A DNA stretch of 64,000 nucleotides. Origin: Burkholderiales bacterium. GTDB lineage: Bacteria; Pseudomonadota; Gammaproteobacteria; Burkholderiales; Burkholderiaceae_C. The first letter of the stretch is position 1. Each line of letters begins with the position of its first letter. Location of the stretch: assembly GCA_017302655.1 (NCBI GenBank), contig JAFLDE010000002.1, positions 21,993 to 85,992 on the forward strand. Direction: 5' to 3'. The notes beneath the pieces are model-generated. The model was given only the letters and a program-made list of their open reading frames with translations. It was not told the origin of the DNA and did not search any database. Positions 16,307 to 26,632 of the stretch are shown piece after piece. Position numbers and translations under genes: made by a program.

Positions 16307-17769
16307 GCAAGCGAACGCTGATTTCCGCATCGATGGCGCTGACGGCTCTGCTGCTGGCCGGCTGCGCCAGCGTGCCCCAGCCTGCGGATCCCATTCCCGC
16401 CCCCGTTCGGGAGGCGATGAAGGCGCAAGGCCTGCCCGCCGAATCCCTGGCCTTCGTGGCCTTCCCGCTGGAAGACGCCCAGAACGCCAGCGCGCGGCGC
16501 GCCTGGCAGCCCGATCTCTCGGTGCGACCGGCCTCGACCATGAAGGTGCTGACCGGCATCGTGGCGCTGGACCGCCTGGGCCCGAACTGGCGCGGTCGCG
16601 TCGAGCTGCTGGCCGGCGGGGCGGTGAAGGACGGCGTGCTGGACGGCCCGCTGGTGCTGAGCGGCATGGCCCACGCGGCCTTCGACTGGGGAGCGCTCAG
16701 CACCCTGCTGCGCGAGGCGCGCGACGGCGGCCTGCGCGAGGTGCGCGGCGGCCTGGTGATCGATCGCACGCACTTCCGCCCGGCCCGCGAAGATGTCGGG
16801 CTTCCGCCCTTCGATGAAGCCCCTGAGTTCCCCTACAACGTCATCCCGGACGCGCTGCTGCTCGGCGGCAACCTGCTGCAGTTGCAGATGCAGTCCGACG
16901 CCCAGCAATTGCAAGCCCGCTGGAACCCGGCCTGGCAGGGGTTGGTGGTCGACGCTTCCAAGGTGCAGATCGACCCCGCGCTGCGCTGCGCCCAGTGGGA
17001 AGAAGGCTGGAAGCCGGCGACCGTCGCGGCCGATGCGGGAGCCGTCACCGTGCGCCTGAACGGCCGCTTCCCCGCCAACTGCCGCCACGTGCAGGCGCTG
17101 CAACTGATCGACCGCAGCGTGCTCGCAGCCCAGGCCGTGCGCCAGATCTGGACGGAACTGGGCGGCTGCCTGGACGGCGAGGTGCGCGAAGCCGCTGCGC
17201 CCGAAGGCAGCCGCGTGCTCGCCAGCCATCAGGCGCCGCCGCTGGCCGAATGGCTGCGCGGTGCCATGAAACGCAGCGACAACGCCCTGACCCGCCTGGC
17301 CTTTCTGCAAGTGGGCAGCGTGCACGCCCAAGCCGCACAGTTCCCCAGCACGCGCGCGGCGGCCGACGCGCAGGTGCGCGACTGGCTGCGCACCCACGGC
17401 ATCGCCGATGCCAGCCTGGTCACGGACAACGGCTCGGGCCTGTCGCGCAGCGAGCGCCTGAGCCCGGCCCTGCTAGCCGCCGCCATCCAGGTGGCGCTCA
17501 CCAAGCCCTACGCCCCCGAGCTGGTGGCCGGCCTGCCTTTGGCGGGCGTTGACGGAACCTTGAGCCGACGTTTGCGCGGCACGGCCGCCGAGGCCAACGG
17601 GCGCCTGAAGACCGGCACACTGCGCGACGCGGTCGGCCTGGCCGGCACGCTGAAGGATGCGCGCGGACGACTCTGGGTCGTGGCCGCGCATGTGAACCAT
17701 GACCAAGCCGCCCGCAAGGGGCGCCCGGTGCTTGACGCACTGATGGCCCATCTGGCCGCCTCTCAATGA
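16303..17769 (+). CDS. dacB: PBP4-type D-Ala-D-Ala carboxypeptidase/endopeptidase (S13), lipoprotein
   Basis: Lipobox LAG-C; PASTMK (SxxK), KRSDN (SxN), DNGSGLSR, LKTGTL; ATGA overlap. Confidence 0.9.
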   Translation: MSKRTLISASMALTALLLAGCASVPQPADPIPAPVREAMKAQGLPAESLAFVAFPLEDAQNASARRAWQPDLSVRPASTMKVLTGIVALDRLGPNWRGRVELLAGGAVKDGVLDGPLVLSGMAHAAFDWGALSTLLREARDGGLREVRGGLVIDRTHFRPAREDVGLPPFDEAPEFPYNVIPDALLLGGNLLQLQMQSDAQQLQARWNPAWQGLVVDASKVQIDPALRCAQWEEGWKPATVAADAGAVTVRLNGRFPANCRHVQALQLIDRSVLAAQAVRQIWTELGGCLDGEVREAAAPEGSRVLASHQAPPLAEWLRGAMKRSDNALTRLAFLQVGSVHAQAAQFPSTRAAADAQVRDWLRTHGIADASLVTDNGSGLSRSERLSPALLAAAIQVALTKPYAPELVAGLPLAGVDGTLSRRLRGTAAEANGRLKTGTLRDAVGLAGTLKDARGRLWVVAAHVNHDQAARKGRPVLDALMAHLAASQ

Positions 17770-18653
17770 CGATGCTCAACACCGAAACGCCCAGTACCCT
17801 GCACCCTGACCTCGACCGTTATGCCACCGAACCCTTGGTGCGCGCCTTTGTCGACGACCAACTGAACGCCGTTGCGGCGGTGCAGGCTGCGGCACCGGCC
17901 ATCGCGCGTGCCGTGGATCTGGCCGTGCCACGCATCCGGGCCGGCGGTCGCCTGCTCTACCTGGGCGCCGGCACCTCGGGCCGGCTAGGCCTGCTCGATT
18001 CGGTGGAGTTGCTGCCTACCTTCAGCTGGCCCAGCGAGCGCGCGGTGGCGCGATTGGCCGGTGGTGAGCAGGCGATGTTCGTGGCGGTCGAAGGCGCCGA
18101 AGACGACGGCCCCCAGGGCGCAGCTGACCTGCTCGGCCTGCAACCCACGGCGCAGGACGTGGTGATCCTCATCGCCGCCAGCGGCGCCACGCCCTATGTG
18201 CTGGGCGCGCTGCGCGAGGCCAAGCGCCAAGGCTGCCTGACCATCGGGCTGGCCAACAACCCGGGCGCTCCGGTGGCGGGCGAGGCCGATGTCGGCATCC
18301 TGCTCGACACCGGCGCCGAGATCGTCAGCGGCAGCACGCGCCTGAAGGCCGGCACGGCGCAGAAGATCACGCTCAACACGCTGAGCAGCTCGATCATGGT
18401 CAAGCTGCACAAGGTCTACGGCAACCTGATGGTGGACGTGAAGGCCACCAACGCCAAGCTGCGCAGGCGCTCGGTAGCCCTGGCCCAACGCGCCAGCGGG
18501 GCCGACGAGGCCGCGGCTGCTTCGGCGGTGCAGGCGGCGGGCGGCAGCGTGAAGCTGGCCGTGTTGATGCTGCGTGCGGGCCTCGGTGCCGATGCCGCAC
18601 GCGCTCGTCTTGATGCAACGGACGGCAATCTGCGCGCGGCGCTGGGCGAATGA
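17766..18653 (+). CDS. murQ: N-acetylmuramic acid 6-phosphate etherase
   Basis: GAGTSGRLG, AVEGAED, ASGATPYV, GSTRLKAGTAQK, NLMVDVKATNAKL. Confidence 0.96.
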   Translation: MTMLNTETPSTLHPDLDRYATEPLVRAFVDDQLNAVAAVQAAAPAIARAVDLAVPRIRAGGRLLYLGAGTSGRLGLLDSVELLPTFSWPSERAVARLAGGEQAMFVAVEGAEDDGPQGAADLLGLQPTAQDVVILIAASGATPYVLGALREAKRQGCLTIGLANNPGAPVAGEADVGILLDTGAEIVSGSTRLKAGTAQKITLNTLSSSIMVKLHKVYGNLMVDVKATNAKLRRRSVALAQRASGADEAAAASAVQAAGGSVKLAVLMLRAGLGADAARARLDATDGNLRAALGE

Positions 18654-20002
18654 CTGAAAACCACGAGTTGCCGGCCGAGCGCCGGGCCGCTCCCAAGCCG
18701 GCCGGCGTCCCCTCGGGGGACCGATCGACGTACCCGTCGGGCGAGGGGCAGCGTTCCCCTTGGGCCTGGATCCCCACGCTCTACCTGCTGCAGGGCCTGC
18801 CCTATGTGGTGGTGATGACGCTCAGCGTCGTCATGTACAAGAACCTCGGCATCAGCAACACCGACATCGCGCTCTACACCAGCTGGCTCTACCTGCCCTG
18901 GGTGATCAAGCCGCTGTGGAGCCCGCTCGTCGAGTTGCTGGGCACCAAGCGGCGCTGGATGTGGGCGCTGCAGTTCCTGGTGGGCGCCTTGCTGGCTTGC
19001 GTGGCGCTCACGCTGCCGGTGGACCGCTTTTTCCAGCTTTCGCTCGCGGTGCTGTGGCTGATGGCCTTCGCCAGCGCGAGCCACGACATCGCCGCTGACG
19101 GCTTTTACATGCTGGCACTGCCGACGCACCAGCAGGCGGCGTTCGTGGGCATCCGGTCGACGTTCTACCGCGTCGCCAACATCGCCGGCCAGGGTGGCCT
19201 GGTGTACCTGGCGGGCGAGTTGACGGAGCGAAGCGGCAGCGCGGTGTTCGCCTGGCAGGTGGTGATGGCGGTGCTGGCCGGAGTCTTCGGCCTCGTGGCG
19301 GCCTACCACCTGTTCATGCTGCCCAAGCCGAGCAGCGACCAACCCGCGCCGCGCGGCGATTTCCTGGCCGACTTCTGGACCGTCTTCAAGGCCTACTTCG
19401 CGAAGCCCGGCATCCTCGTCGTCCTGGCCTTCCTGCTGTTCTACCGCTTCCCCGAGGCGCAGTTGCTGAAGCTGGCGACGCCCTTCCTGCTCGACCCCGT
19501 GGATCAGGGCGGGCTTGGGCTGAGCACCAAGCAGGTGGGCATCGCCTACGGCACGGTGGGGCTGATCGCGCTCACGCTGGGCGGCATCTGCGGCGGCCTG
19601 GTCATCAGCCGCATCGGCTTGAAGAAGGCCCTGTGGCCACTCATCCTGGCGATGCACGTGCCCAACCTGGTGTTCCTGGCCATGGCGCTCACGCACCCGA
19701 CCAGCCTGTGGATCGTGTCCAGCGCGCTGGCCGTCGAGCAGTTCGGCTACGGCCTCGGGTTCACCGCCTACCTGATGTTCATGATCCTCGTCGCCGACGG
19801 CCCGCACAAGACGGCGCACTACGCCATCTGCACCGGTTTCATGGCGCTCGGAATGATGCTGCCGGGCATGTGGAGCGGCTGGCTGCAGGACCAGATCGGC
19901 TACGTGAACTTCTTCATCTGGGTGCTGGTGGCGACGATTCCCTCCTTCCTGGTGACGGCGCTCATCCAGGTGCCGGACGGCTTCGGGAAGAAGCAGGCAT
20001 GA
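18650..20002 (+). CDS. ampG: AmpG-like MFS muropeptide permease
   Basis: PWAWIPTLYLLQGLPY, LPWVIKPLWSPLV, FASASHDIAADGFY; about 12 hydrophobic helices; ATGA overlap with murQ. Confidence 0.85.
   Translation: MTENHELPAERRAAPKPAGVPSGDRSTYPSGEGQRSPWAWIPTLYLLQGLPYVVVMTLSVVMYKNLGISNTDIALYTSWLYLPWVIKPLWSPLVELLGTKRRWMWALQFLVGALLACVALTLPVDRFFQLSLAVLWLMAFASASHDIAADGFYMLALPTHQQAAFVGIRSTFYRVANIAGQGGLVYLAGELTERSGSAVFAWQVVMAVLAGVFGLVAAYHLFMLPKPSSDQPAPRGDFLADFWTVFKAYFAKPGILVVLAFLLFYRFPEAQLLKLATPFLLDPVDQGGLGLSTKQVGIAYGTVGLIALTLGGICGGLVISRIGLKKALWPLILAMHVPNLVFLAMALTHPTSLWIVSSALAVEQFGYGLGFTAYLMFMILVADGPHKTAHYAICTGFMALGMMLPGMWSGWLQDQIGYVNFFIWVLVATIPSFLVTALIQVPDGFGKKQA
18670..18749 (-). repeat. Palindromic repeat copy A, in frame inside the AmpG-like N-terminus
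   Basis: Reverse complement reads GCCCCTCGCCC...TCGGTCCCCCGAGGGGACGCCGGCCGGCTTGGGAGCGGCCCGGCGCTCGGCCGGC, matching 53744-53877. Confidence 0.8.
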
Positions 20003-21129
20003 AGGGCCGGCTCCTCAGCCTCGACGCCTTCCGCGGCTTCACCATCGCGGCCATGCTGCTCGTCAACAACCCGGGCGACTGGGGCCATGTCTACCAGCCG
20101 CTGCTGCACGCCGACTGGCACGGCTGGACCTTCACCGACTGGATCTTCCCGTTCTTCGTCTTCATCAGCGGCATCTCGATGACGATGAGCCTGTCTCGCC
20201 GTGCGCAGCTGGGCGACGACCGTTTGAAGCTCATGCTGACGACGATGAAGCGAGGGTTGATCATCATCGGCATCGGCCTGGCCTTGAACCTCATCCCGAG
20301 CTTCAACCTGGACACCCTGCGCTGGCCCGGCGTGCTGCAGCGGCTGGGCCTGTGCACCATCCTGTGCGCGCCGCTGGCGGTGTTCCTGAACTGGCGCCAG
20401 CAGGCGTGGGCGGGCGTCCTCATCCTGGCGGTGTTCAGCGCGCTCATGCTCTGGGTGCCGGTGCCGGGCGCGGACGGCATCGTTCGCACCGGCTCGCTGC
20501 TCGCCGCGCAGGACACGGCTTCGTACATCGACCGACTCCTGATGGACGGACACCTCTGGGCCAAGGTCAAGACCTGGGACCCCGAGGGCCTGCTGACCAC
20601 GCTGCCGGCGGTGGCCAGTCAGATCGCCGGGCTGCTGGTCGGCCAATGGCTGGCGACCGATCGCACACGGCTTGAAAAGACGGTCTGGCTGTTCATCGCC
20701 GGTCTGGCCTGCCTGTGGGTCGGCGAGGTGCTGCACGCCTGGAACATGCCGATCAACAAGAACCTCTGGACGCCGGCCTATGTGTTCGCCATGGCCGGCT
20801 GGGCCTGTCTGGTGTTCGGTGTCTGCCACTGGCTGCTCGACGCCCAACCCAGCGAGGCCGCACGCGAGGCCTGCGCGCGCTGGGCTGCGCCGCTGGTGGC
20901 CTATGGCATGAACGCGCTCTTCCTCTTCGTGCTCTCCGGCCTGGTGGCCAAGATGCTCGGCTTCATCCAAATCAACGGCCAGCCGCTGAAGGCGCTGGTC
21001 TACGCGCCGCTGCGCGACTCCGGGCTCGCGCCCATCAACGCTTCGCTGCTCTTTGCGGTCGGCTTCGTGCTGACGTTCTGGGGCGTGGCCGTCTTCATGC
21101 AGAAACGCCAATGGTTCATCAAGGTCTGA
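19999..21129 (+). CDS. HGSNAT/NagX-like (DUF5009) transmembrane acetyltransferase
   Basis: RLLSLDAFRGFTIAAMLLVN, HADWHGWTFTDWIFPFF, PGVLQRLG, WDPEGLL, PINKNLWT. Confidence 0.88.
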   Translation: MKGRLLSLDAFRGFTIAAMLLVNNPGDWGHVYQPLLHADWHGWTFTDWIFPFFVFISGISMTMSLSRRAQLGDDRLKLMLTTMKRGLIIIGIGLALNLIPSFNLDTLRWPGVLQRLGLCTILCAPLAVFLNWRQQAWAGVLILAVFSALMLWVPVPGADGIVRTGSLLAAQDTASYIDRLLMDGHLWAKVKTWDPEGLLTTLPAVASQIAGLLVGQWLATDRTRLEKTVWLFIAGLACLWVGEVLHAWNMPINKNLWTPAYVFAMAGWACLVFGVCHWLLDAQPSEAAREACARWAAPLVAYGMNALFLFVLSGLVAKMLGFIQINGQPLKALVYAPLRDSGLAPINASLLFAVGFVLTFWGVAVFMQKRQWFIKV

Positions 21130-22673
21130 GTCGACGCTCCCTGCTGGCGGCGCTACCGCTGCTTCCCGCCTGCGCGCAGCTCGTCGGTCCGCAGCCCACG
21201 GCGGCGCTTGCGGCGTCGGCACCCGCCATCCCGCGCGAGTTCCGCGCCGCCTGGGTGGCCACGGTGGCCAACATCGACTGGCCCAGCCGCAAGGGCCTCT
21301 CCGACGCCGAGCAGCAGCAGGAGGTGCGCGCCATCGTGGCGCGTGCGCGCGAGGTGGGCTTGAACGCGCTCATCCTGCAAGTGCGCACCAGTGCCGACGC
21401 GCTGTACGCCAGCCGCCTGGAGCCCTGGAGCGAGTACCTGAGCGGCACGCAAGGGCAGGCGCCGGGCTATGACCCGCTGGCCTACTGGATCGAGCAGACG
21501 CATGGCGCCGGTCTGGAACTGCACGCCTGGTTCAACCCTTACCGTGCGCGGCAGCTCAACGCCAAGAGCGACGAAGCGCCCAGCCACTTGGCGAACACGC
21601 AGCCCGGCTGGGTGAAGCGCTACGGCAAGCAGCTTTGGATCGACCCGGGCGAGCCAGGTGCCGCACAGCACTCGCTGGCGGTGTTCCGCGACGTGCTGGA
21701 ACGCTACGCGGTGGACGGCATCCACATCGACGACTACTTCTACCCCTACCCGGAGAAGAACCCCGACGGCACGGAACTGGACTTCCCCGATGAAGCCAGC
21801 TACGCCGCCCACGGCGAGGGCCTGCCCAAGGCCGACTGGCGCCGGCGCAATGTGGACCGCCTGGTGCAGGCCATGCATGCGCTGGTGCGCGAGGTGCGCC
21901 CGGCCGCCCGCCTGGGTATCAGCCCCTTCGGCCTGATGAAGCCCAGCGAGCGCCCCGAGGGCATCCTGGGCTTCAGCCAGTACGACAAGCTCTACGCCGA
22001 CGTGGAGCTGTGGCTGCGCGAGGGCTGGCTGGACTACCTGGTGCCGCAGCTCTACTGGCCGCGCGCCCAGACGGCGCAGGCCTTCGGCCCGCTGCTGCAG
22101 GGCTGGATGCGACTGAACGCGAAGGCCAAACCCATCTGGCCCGGGCTCTACACCAGCCGCATCACGCAGGGGCAAGCCGGCGGCGAGCTGCAGGGCGGCG
22201 GCGACACCCGCGGCTGGCAGCCCGAGGAGGTCAGCGGCCAGATTGCGCTCACGCGCGAGCTGAACCCAGGCAGCGGTCACGTGCACTTCAGCATGGCGGC
22301 ACTGAACCAGGACCGGCGCGGCGTGGTGGGACACCTGCGCGCGCAGAGCTACCCCGAACCCGCGCTCCCACCCGCCTTCGCCGAACTGCCCGACTTGCCC
22401 GCCCCGGCCCTGGCGCTGCGAGCGGTCGACGGCGGCTGGCGTTTGGAGCCCGCGCACGAACCAGCCGGGCCCCTGGTCAGCTGGATTCAAGACCCGCAGA
22501 GCGCGCACAGCCTGCAGCGCGTTTGGCTGTGGTGGCGTGAAGGCGGCCGTTGGCGTGGCGAGTGGCATGCGGCCAGTGCGACCTTTCAGCGGCCCTCAGC
22601 GGCGGACGCCCTGGTGGCCAGCGGCATCAATCGGATCGGAATGGAAGGCCCGCGCCGGGCTTGGAAGCTATGA
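21111..22673 (+). CDS. GHL10 (DUF187/YddW-like) glycoside hydrolase, predicted Tat lipoprotein
   Basis: SRRSLL Tat motif plus LPA-C; REFRAAWVATVANIDWPS, LELHAWFNPYR, DGIHIDDYFYPY, WLDYLVPQLYW. Confidence 0.88.
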   Translation: MVHQGLSRRSLLAALPLLPACAQLVGPQPTAALAASAPAIPREFRAAWVATVANIDWPSRKGLSDAEQQQEVRAIVARAREVGLNALILQVRTSADALYASRLEPWSEYLSGTQGQAPGYDPLAYWIEQTHGAGLELHAWFNPYRARQLNAKSDEAPSHLANTQPGWVKRYGKQLWIDPGEPGAAQHSLAVFRDVLERYAVDGIHIDDYFYPYPEKNPDGTELDFPDEASYAAHGEGLPKADWRRRNVDRLVQAMHALVREVRPAARLGISPFGLMKPSERPEGILGFSQYDKLYADVELWLREGWLDYLVPQLYWPRAQTAQAFGPLLQGWMRLNAKAKPIWPGLYTSRITQGQAGGELQGGGDTRGWQPEEVSGQIALTRELNPGSGHVHFSMAALNQDRRGVVGHLRAQSYPEPALPPAFAELPDLPAPALALRAVDGGWRLEPAHEPAGPLVSWIQDPQSAHSLQRVWLWWREGGRWRGEWHAASATFQRPSAADALVASGINRIGMEGPRRAWKL

Positions 22674-23539
22674 AGTTGAACCTGCAAAGATTGACCGCGC
22701 TCTGCGCCGCCTTGCTGCTGGCGGCTTGCCAGAGCACCGGCGTGAGGATCGACAAGACCTACACGAGCGAGAACCAGGACAGCCGCGTGCTCTTCCTGGT
22801 GCTGCACTACACGGTGGGCAATTTCGAGTCTTCGCTGAAGGTGCTCTCGCAGGCCAAGCACGGCCAGGTGAGCAGCCATTACCTGGTGGCCGAGGAACCG
22901 GTGCGCACCTTCCAGTTGGTGGACGAGACGCGCCGGGCCTGGCACGCCGGTCCCAGCTACTGGAAGGGCCATGCGCAGCTCAATGCCAGCTCGGTGGGCA
23001 TCGAGATCGTCAACCGCGGCTGGGTCAAGGGGGACGACGGCGTGGTGCGCTACACGCCCTTCCCCGAGGCGCAGATCGACGAGGTGGTGGCGCTGAGCGC
23101 CGAAATCGTCAAGCGTCACAACATCCGCCCGGAGCGCATCGTCGGCCACAACGAGATCCAGCCCCGCACCAAGCAGGACCCCGGTCCGCTGTTCCCCTGG
23201 AAGCGCCTGTACGAAGCCGGCCTGATCGCCTGGCCCGACGAGGCCTTCGTGGAAGCGCGCAAGGCCGAGTACAGCCTGCAACTGCCCGACCTCGCCTGGT
23301 TCCAGGACCGCCTGACCCGCCACGGCTATGCACCCGCCGTGATGCCCAACCCGGACGGTCAGCTTGACCCCTACACCCGCGACTGCCTGTCCACCTTCCA
23401 GATGCGCTACCGGCCGAGCAATTACGACGGCCAGATGGACGCCGAGACCGCCGCCCTGCTGCACGCGGTGACGACGCCCGAGGCCATGAAGACCAAGCAG
23501 CTGCCGCCGGCCACGAAGCCCTACACCTCGCGCTGGTGA
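22670..23539 (+). CDS. amiD: AmiD-like N-acetylmuramoyl-L-alanine amidase lipoprotein (Amidase_2 + PG-binding domain)
   Basis: Lipobox LAA-C; LVLHYT, SSHYLV, AWHAG, SVGIEIVN, VGHNEI, KQDPGPLFPW; FQMRYRP..DG..D tail. Confidence 0.88.
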   Translation: MKLNLQRLTALCAALLLAACQSTGVRIDKTYTSENQDSRVLFLVLHYTVGNFESSLKVLSQAKHGQVSSHYLVAEEPVRTFQLVDETRRAWHAGPSYWKGHAQLNASSVGIEIVNRGWVKGDDGVVRYTPFPEAQIDEVVALSAEIVKRHNIRPERIVGHNEIQPRTKQDPGPLFPWKRLYEAGLIAWPDEAFVEARKAEYSLQLPDLAWFQDRLTRHGYAPAVMPNPDGQLDPYTRDCLSTFQMRYRPSNYDGQMDAETAALLHAVTTPEAMKTKQLPPATKPYTSRW

Positions 23540-23572
23540 TCACGATGCCCCCAGTCTCGCGATCGCTCGCCA

Positions 23573-23619
23573 CCCCCCGAGGGGGCGCGCAGTGGCTTCG
23601 GGCGGCCGTGTGCCACTGC
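23573..23619 (+). repeat. Palindromic repeat copy B (shorter, intergenic)
   Basis: CCCCCCGAGGGGG hairpin, then stem GCAGTGGC/GCCACTGC enclosing TTCGGGCGGCC; same two-hairpin layout and loop motif as copies A and C. Confidence 0.6.
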
Positions 23620-23624
23620 AGCCC

Positions 23625-24628
<1,004 letters not shown>

Positions 24629-24632
<4 letters not shown>

Positions 24633-25462
24633 GGCCGCCAGCCTTTCCGAACTCTTTGAAGCTGCCGCTGGCGGTGTTGGTGCTACTCGTGCTGGCGGCG
24701 CTGCTCGCGCCCTGGATCGCACCGCACTCCCCCGTCGAACAGAACCGCGCGCTGCTGCTGGCTCCGCCGGTGTGGGTGGAAGGCGGCAGCAGCGCGCACT
24801 GGCTCGGCACCGACGAACTGGGCCGCGACATCCTGTCGCGGCTGCTGCATGGCGCGCGCATCAGCCTGGGCATCGGCGCAGCGGCGGTAGGGCTGGCGCT
24901 CATCCCTGGCGTGGTGCTGGGCCTGCTCGCCGCCTTCTACCAGCGCTGGCTGGGCACGGTGGTGCTGCGCCTGATGGACCTGCTGCTCGCATTGCCGGGG
25001 CTGCTGCTCGCCATCTGCGTGCTGGCGGTTCTAGGCCCCGGGCTGGTGAACACGGTGATCGCGATCGCCATCGGCGCCCTGCCCGGCATGACCCGCCTGA
25101 CCCGCGCCACCGCGCTGGCCGAGATGAGCAAGGGCTATGTGATGGCCTCGCAAGCGGCCGGTGCCAGCACGGTGCGCCTGATGTTCCGCACCGTGTTGCC
25201 GAATTGCACGGCGCCGCTCACGGTGAGCGCCACCCTGGCCTTCTCGGGCGCCATTCTGGAGGCCGCCGGACTGGGCTTCCTGGGCCTTGGGGTGCAGGCC
25301 CCGCTGCCCGAATGGGGTGCCATGCTGGCCGCCGCCCGCGACTACCACGAGCGCGCGCCCTGGACCGTGTTGCTGCCCGGTCTGGCCATCCTTGTGACCG
25401 TGCTGTGCGTGAACCTGCTGGGCGACGGCCTGCGCGACTGGCTGGATCCGAAGCTGCGCTGA
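24629..25462 (+). CDS. dppC: Dipeptide/oligopeptide ABC transporter permease
   Basis: HWLGTDELGRDILSRLLHGARISL, VLPN, EAAGLGFLGLG...PEWGAML, NLLGDGLRDWLDPK. Confidence 0.92.
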
Positions 25463-25475
25463 ACCGCTGCAAGGA

Positions 25476-26597
25476 TCAGATTGGCGGCACGGGTTCCGGC
25501 AGGCCGCACAGACGCGAGAACAGCACCTCGTAGCGGTGGCGCATCAGCGTCAGGCTGTGCTGTTCGAGCGCCTGCGCGCGGGCAGCAGCACCCAGGCGCT
25601 CCGCCTCCTCGGGGTCCTCCAGCAGTCGCTTGAGCGCCAAGGCTAGCGCGGGAGGATCGGCGGGGGGCACCAAGAGCCCGGTGCGGCCATGCTCCAGCAC
25701 CCCTTCCACGCCTGGCACCAGCGAGGCCACGCAGGCGCAACCGGCGGCCATGGCCTCCACCAGCGCCAGGGGCATGCCCTCCCAGCGCGTGGACAGCACG
25801 AAGATGCGCTGGCTCATCAAGAGCTCGGCCACGCGCGGTTCGTAGCCCAGGAAGCGGACCTGTCCGTCCAGCTTGAGCCGCTGCGCCAGACCTTCCGCCG
25901 CGCGCTGGTAGCTGGCTTTGCCGGAGCCAGCCAGGTGAAGGGTCGGCATGAGCTCGTACTCGTCGCGCAGCAGGGCCAGCGCGCGGATCAGGGTCAGGTG
26001 GTCCTTCTGACGCGCAAAGCGCGCGCTCATCACCAGCCCCGCTTCGCGTGTGCCCAGGCGCGGTGCCGCAGCGAAACGCGAAAGGTCGATGCCATTCGGA
26101 ATGCTCTGCGTGATCTCGGCCGGCATGCCCAGGCGCAGCAGGCTCTGCGCCACGCCCTGGCTGACACCGACCACCGCATCGCTGCGCTGGGCCAGCCAGC
26201 GCGCATGCGCCAGGCGCCAGCGCGTGTAACGCTCGCGCGAGTTGTGCTCAATGTGCACCAAGTGCGGCACGCCAGCCCACAGGGCAGCCTGCCGCCCCAG
26301 CAGGTGCTCGGGGAAGCCATGCGCCACCATCAACGCCGGCTTGAACGCACGGCAAAGTCGCCACAGCGACCAGAGCGTGGCGGCATGGCTCCAGCCCGGC
26401 ACCACCTCGACCGCCAGTCCGGACTCGCGCAGCTTGGCCACCCGCTCGTCGTCGGTGTTGCGCTTGCGGCGCAGCACCAGCATGGGCTCGAAGTGGCCGG
26501 CCGCGAGGTTCGCACGCGCCAGATCGATCGCCACCTGGGTGGCACCGGAAAAGCCACCGGTGACGAAGTGGATGACGCGCGGCAAGGGAGCTGGCAT
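25476..26597 (-). CDS. GT4 family glycosyltransferase
   Basis: IPNGID, ARFARQKDHLTLIRA, STRWEGMPLALVEAMAAG. Confidence 0.92.
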   Translation of the reverse strand: MPAPLPRVIHFVTGGFSGATQVAIDLARANLAAGHFEPMLVLRRKRNTDDERVAKLRESGLAVEVVPGWSHAATLWSLWRLCRAFKPALMVAHGFPEHLLGRQAALWAGVPHLVHIEHNSRERYTRWRLAHARWLAQRSDAVVGVSQGVAQSLLRLGMPAEITQSIPNGIDLSRFAAAPRLGTREAGLVMSARFARQKDHLTLIRALALLRDEYELMPTLHLAGSGKASYQRAAEGLAQRLKLDGQVRFLGYEPRVAELLMSQRIFVLSTRWEGMPLALVEAMAAGCACVASLVPGVEGVLEHGRTGLLVPPADPPALALALKRLLEDPEEAERLGAAARAQALEQHSLTLMRHRYEVLFSRLCGLPEPVPPI

Positions 26598-26632
26598 CGC
26601 CCCAGTTTAGGAGGGCTGAGAATGCGCCCCCC

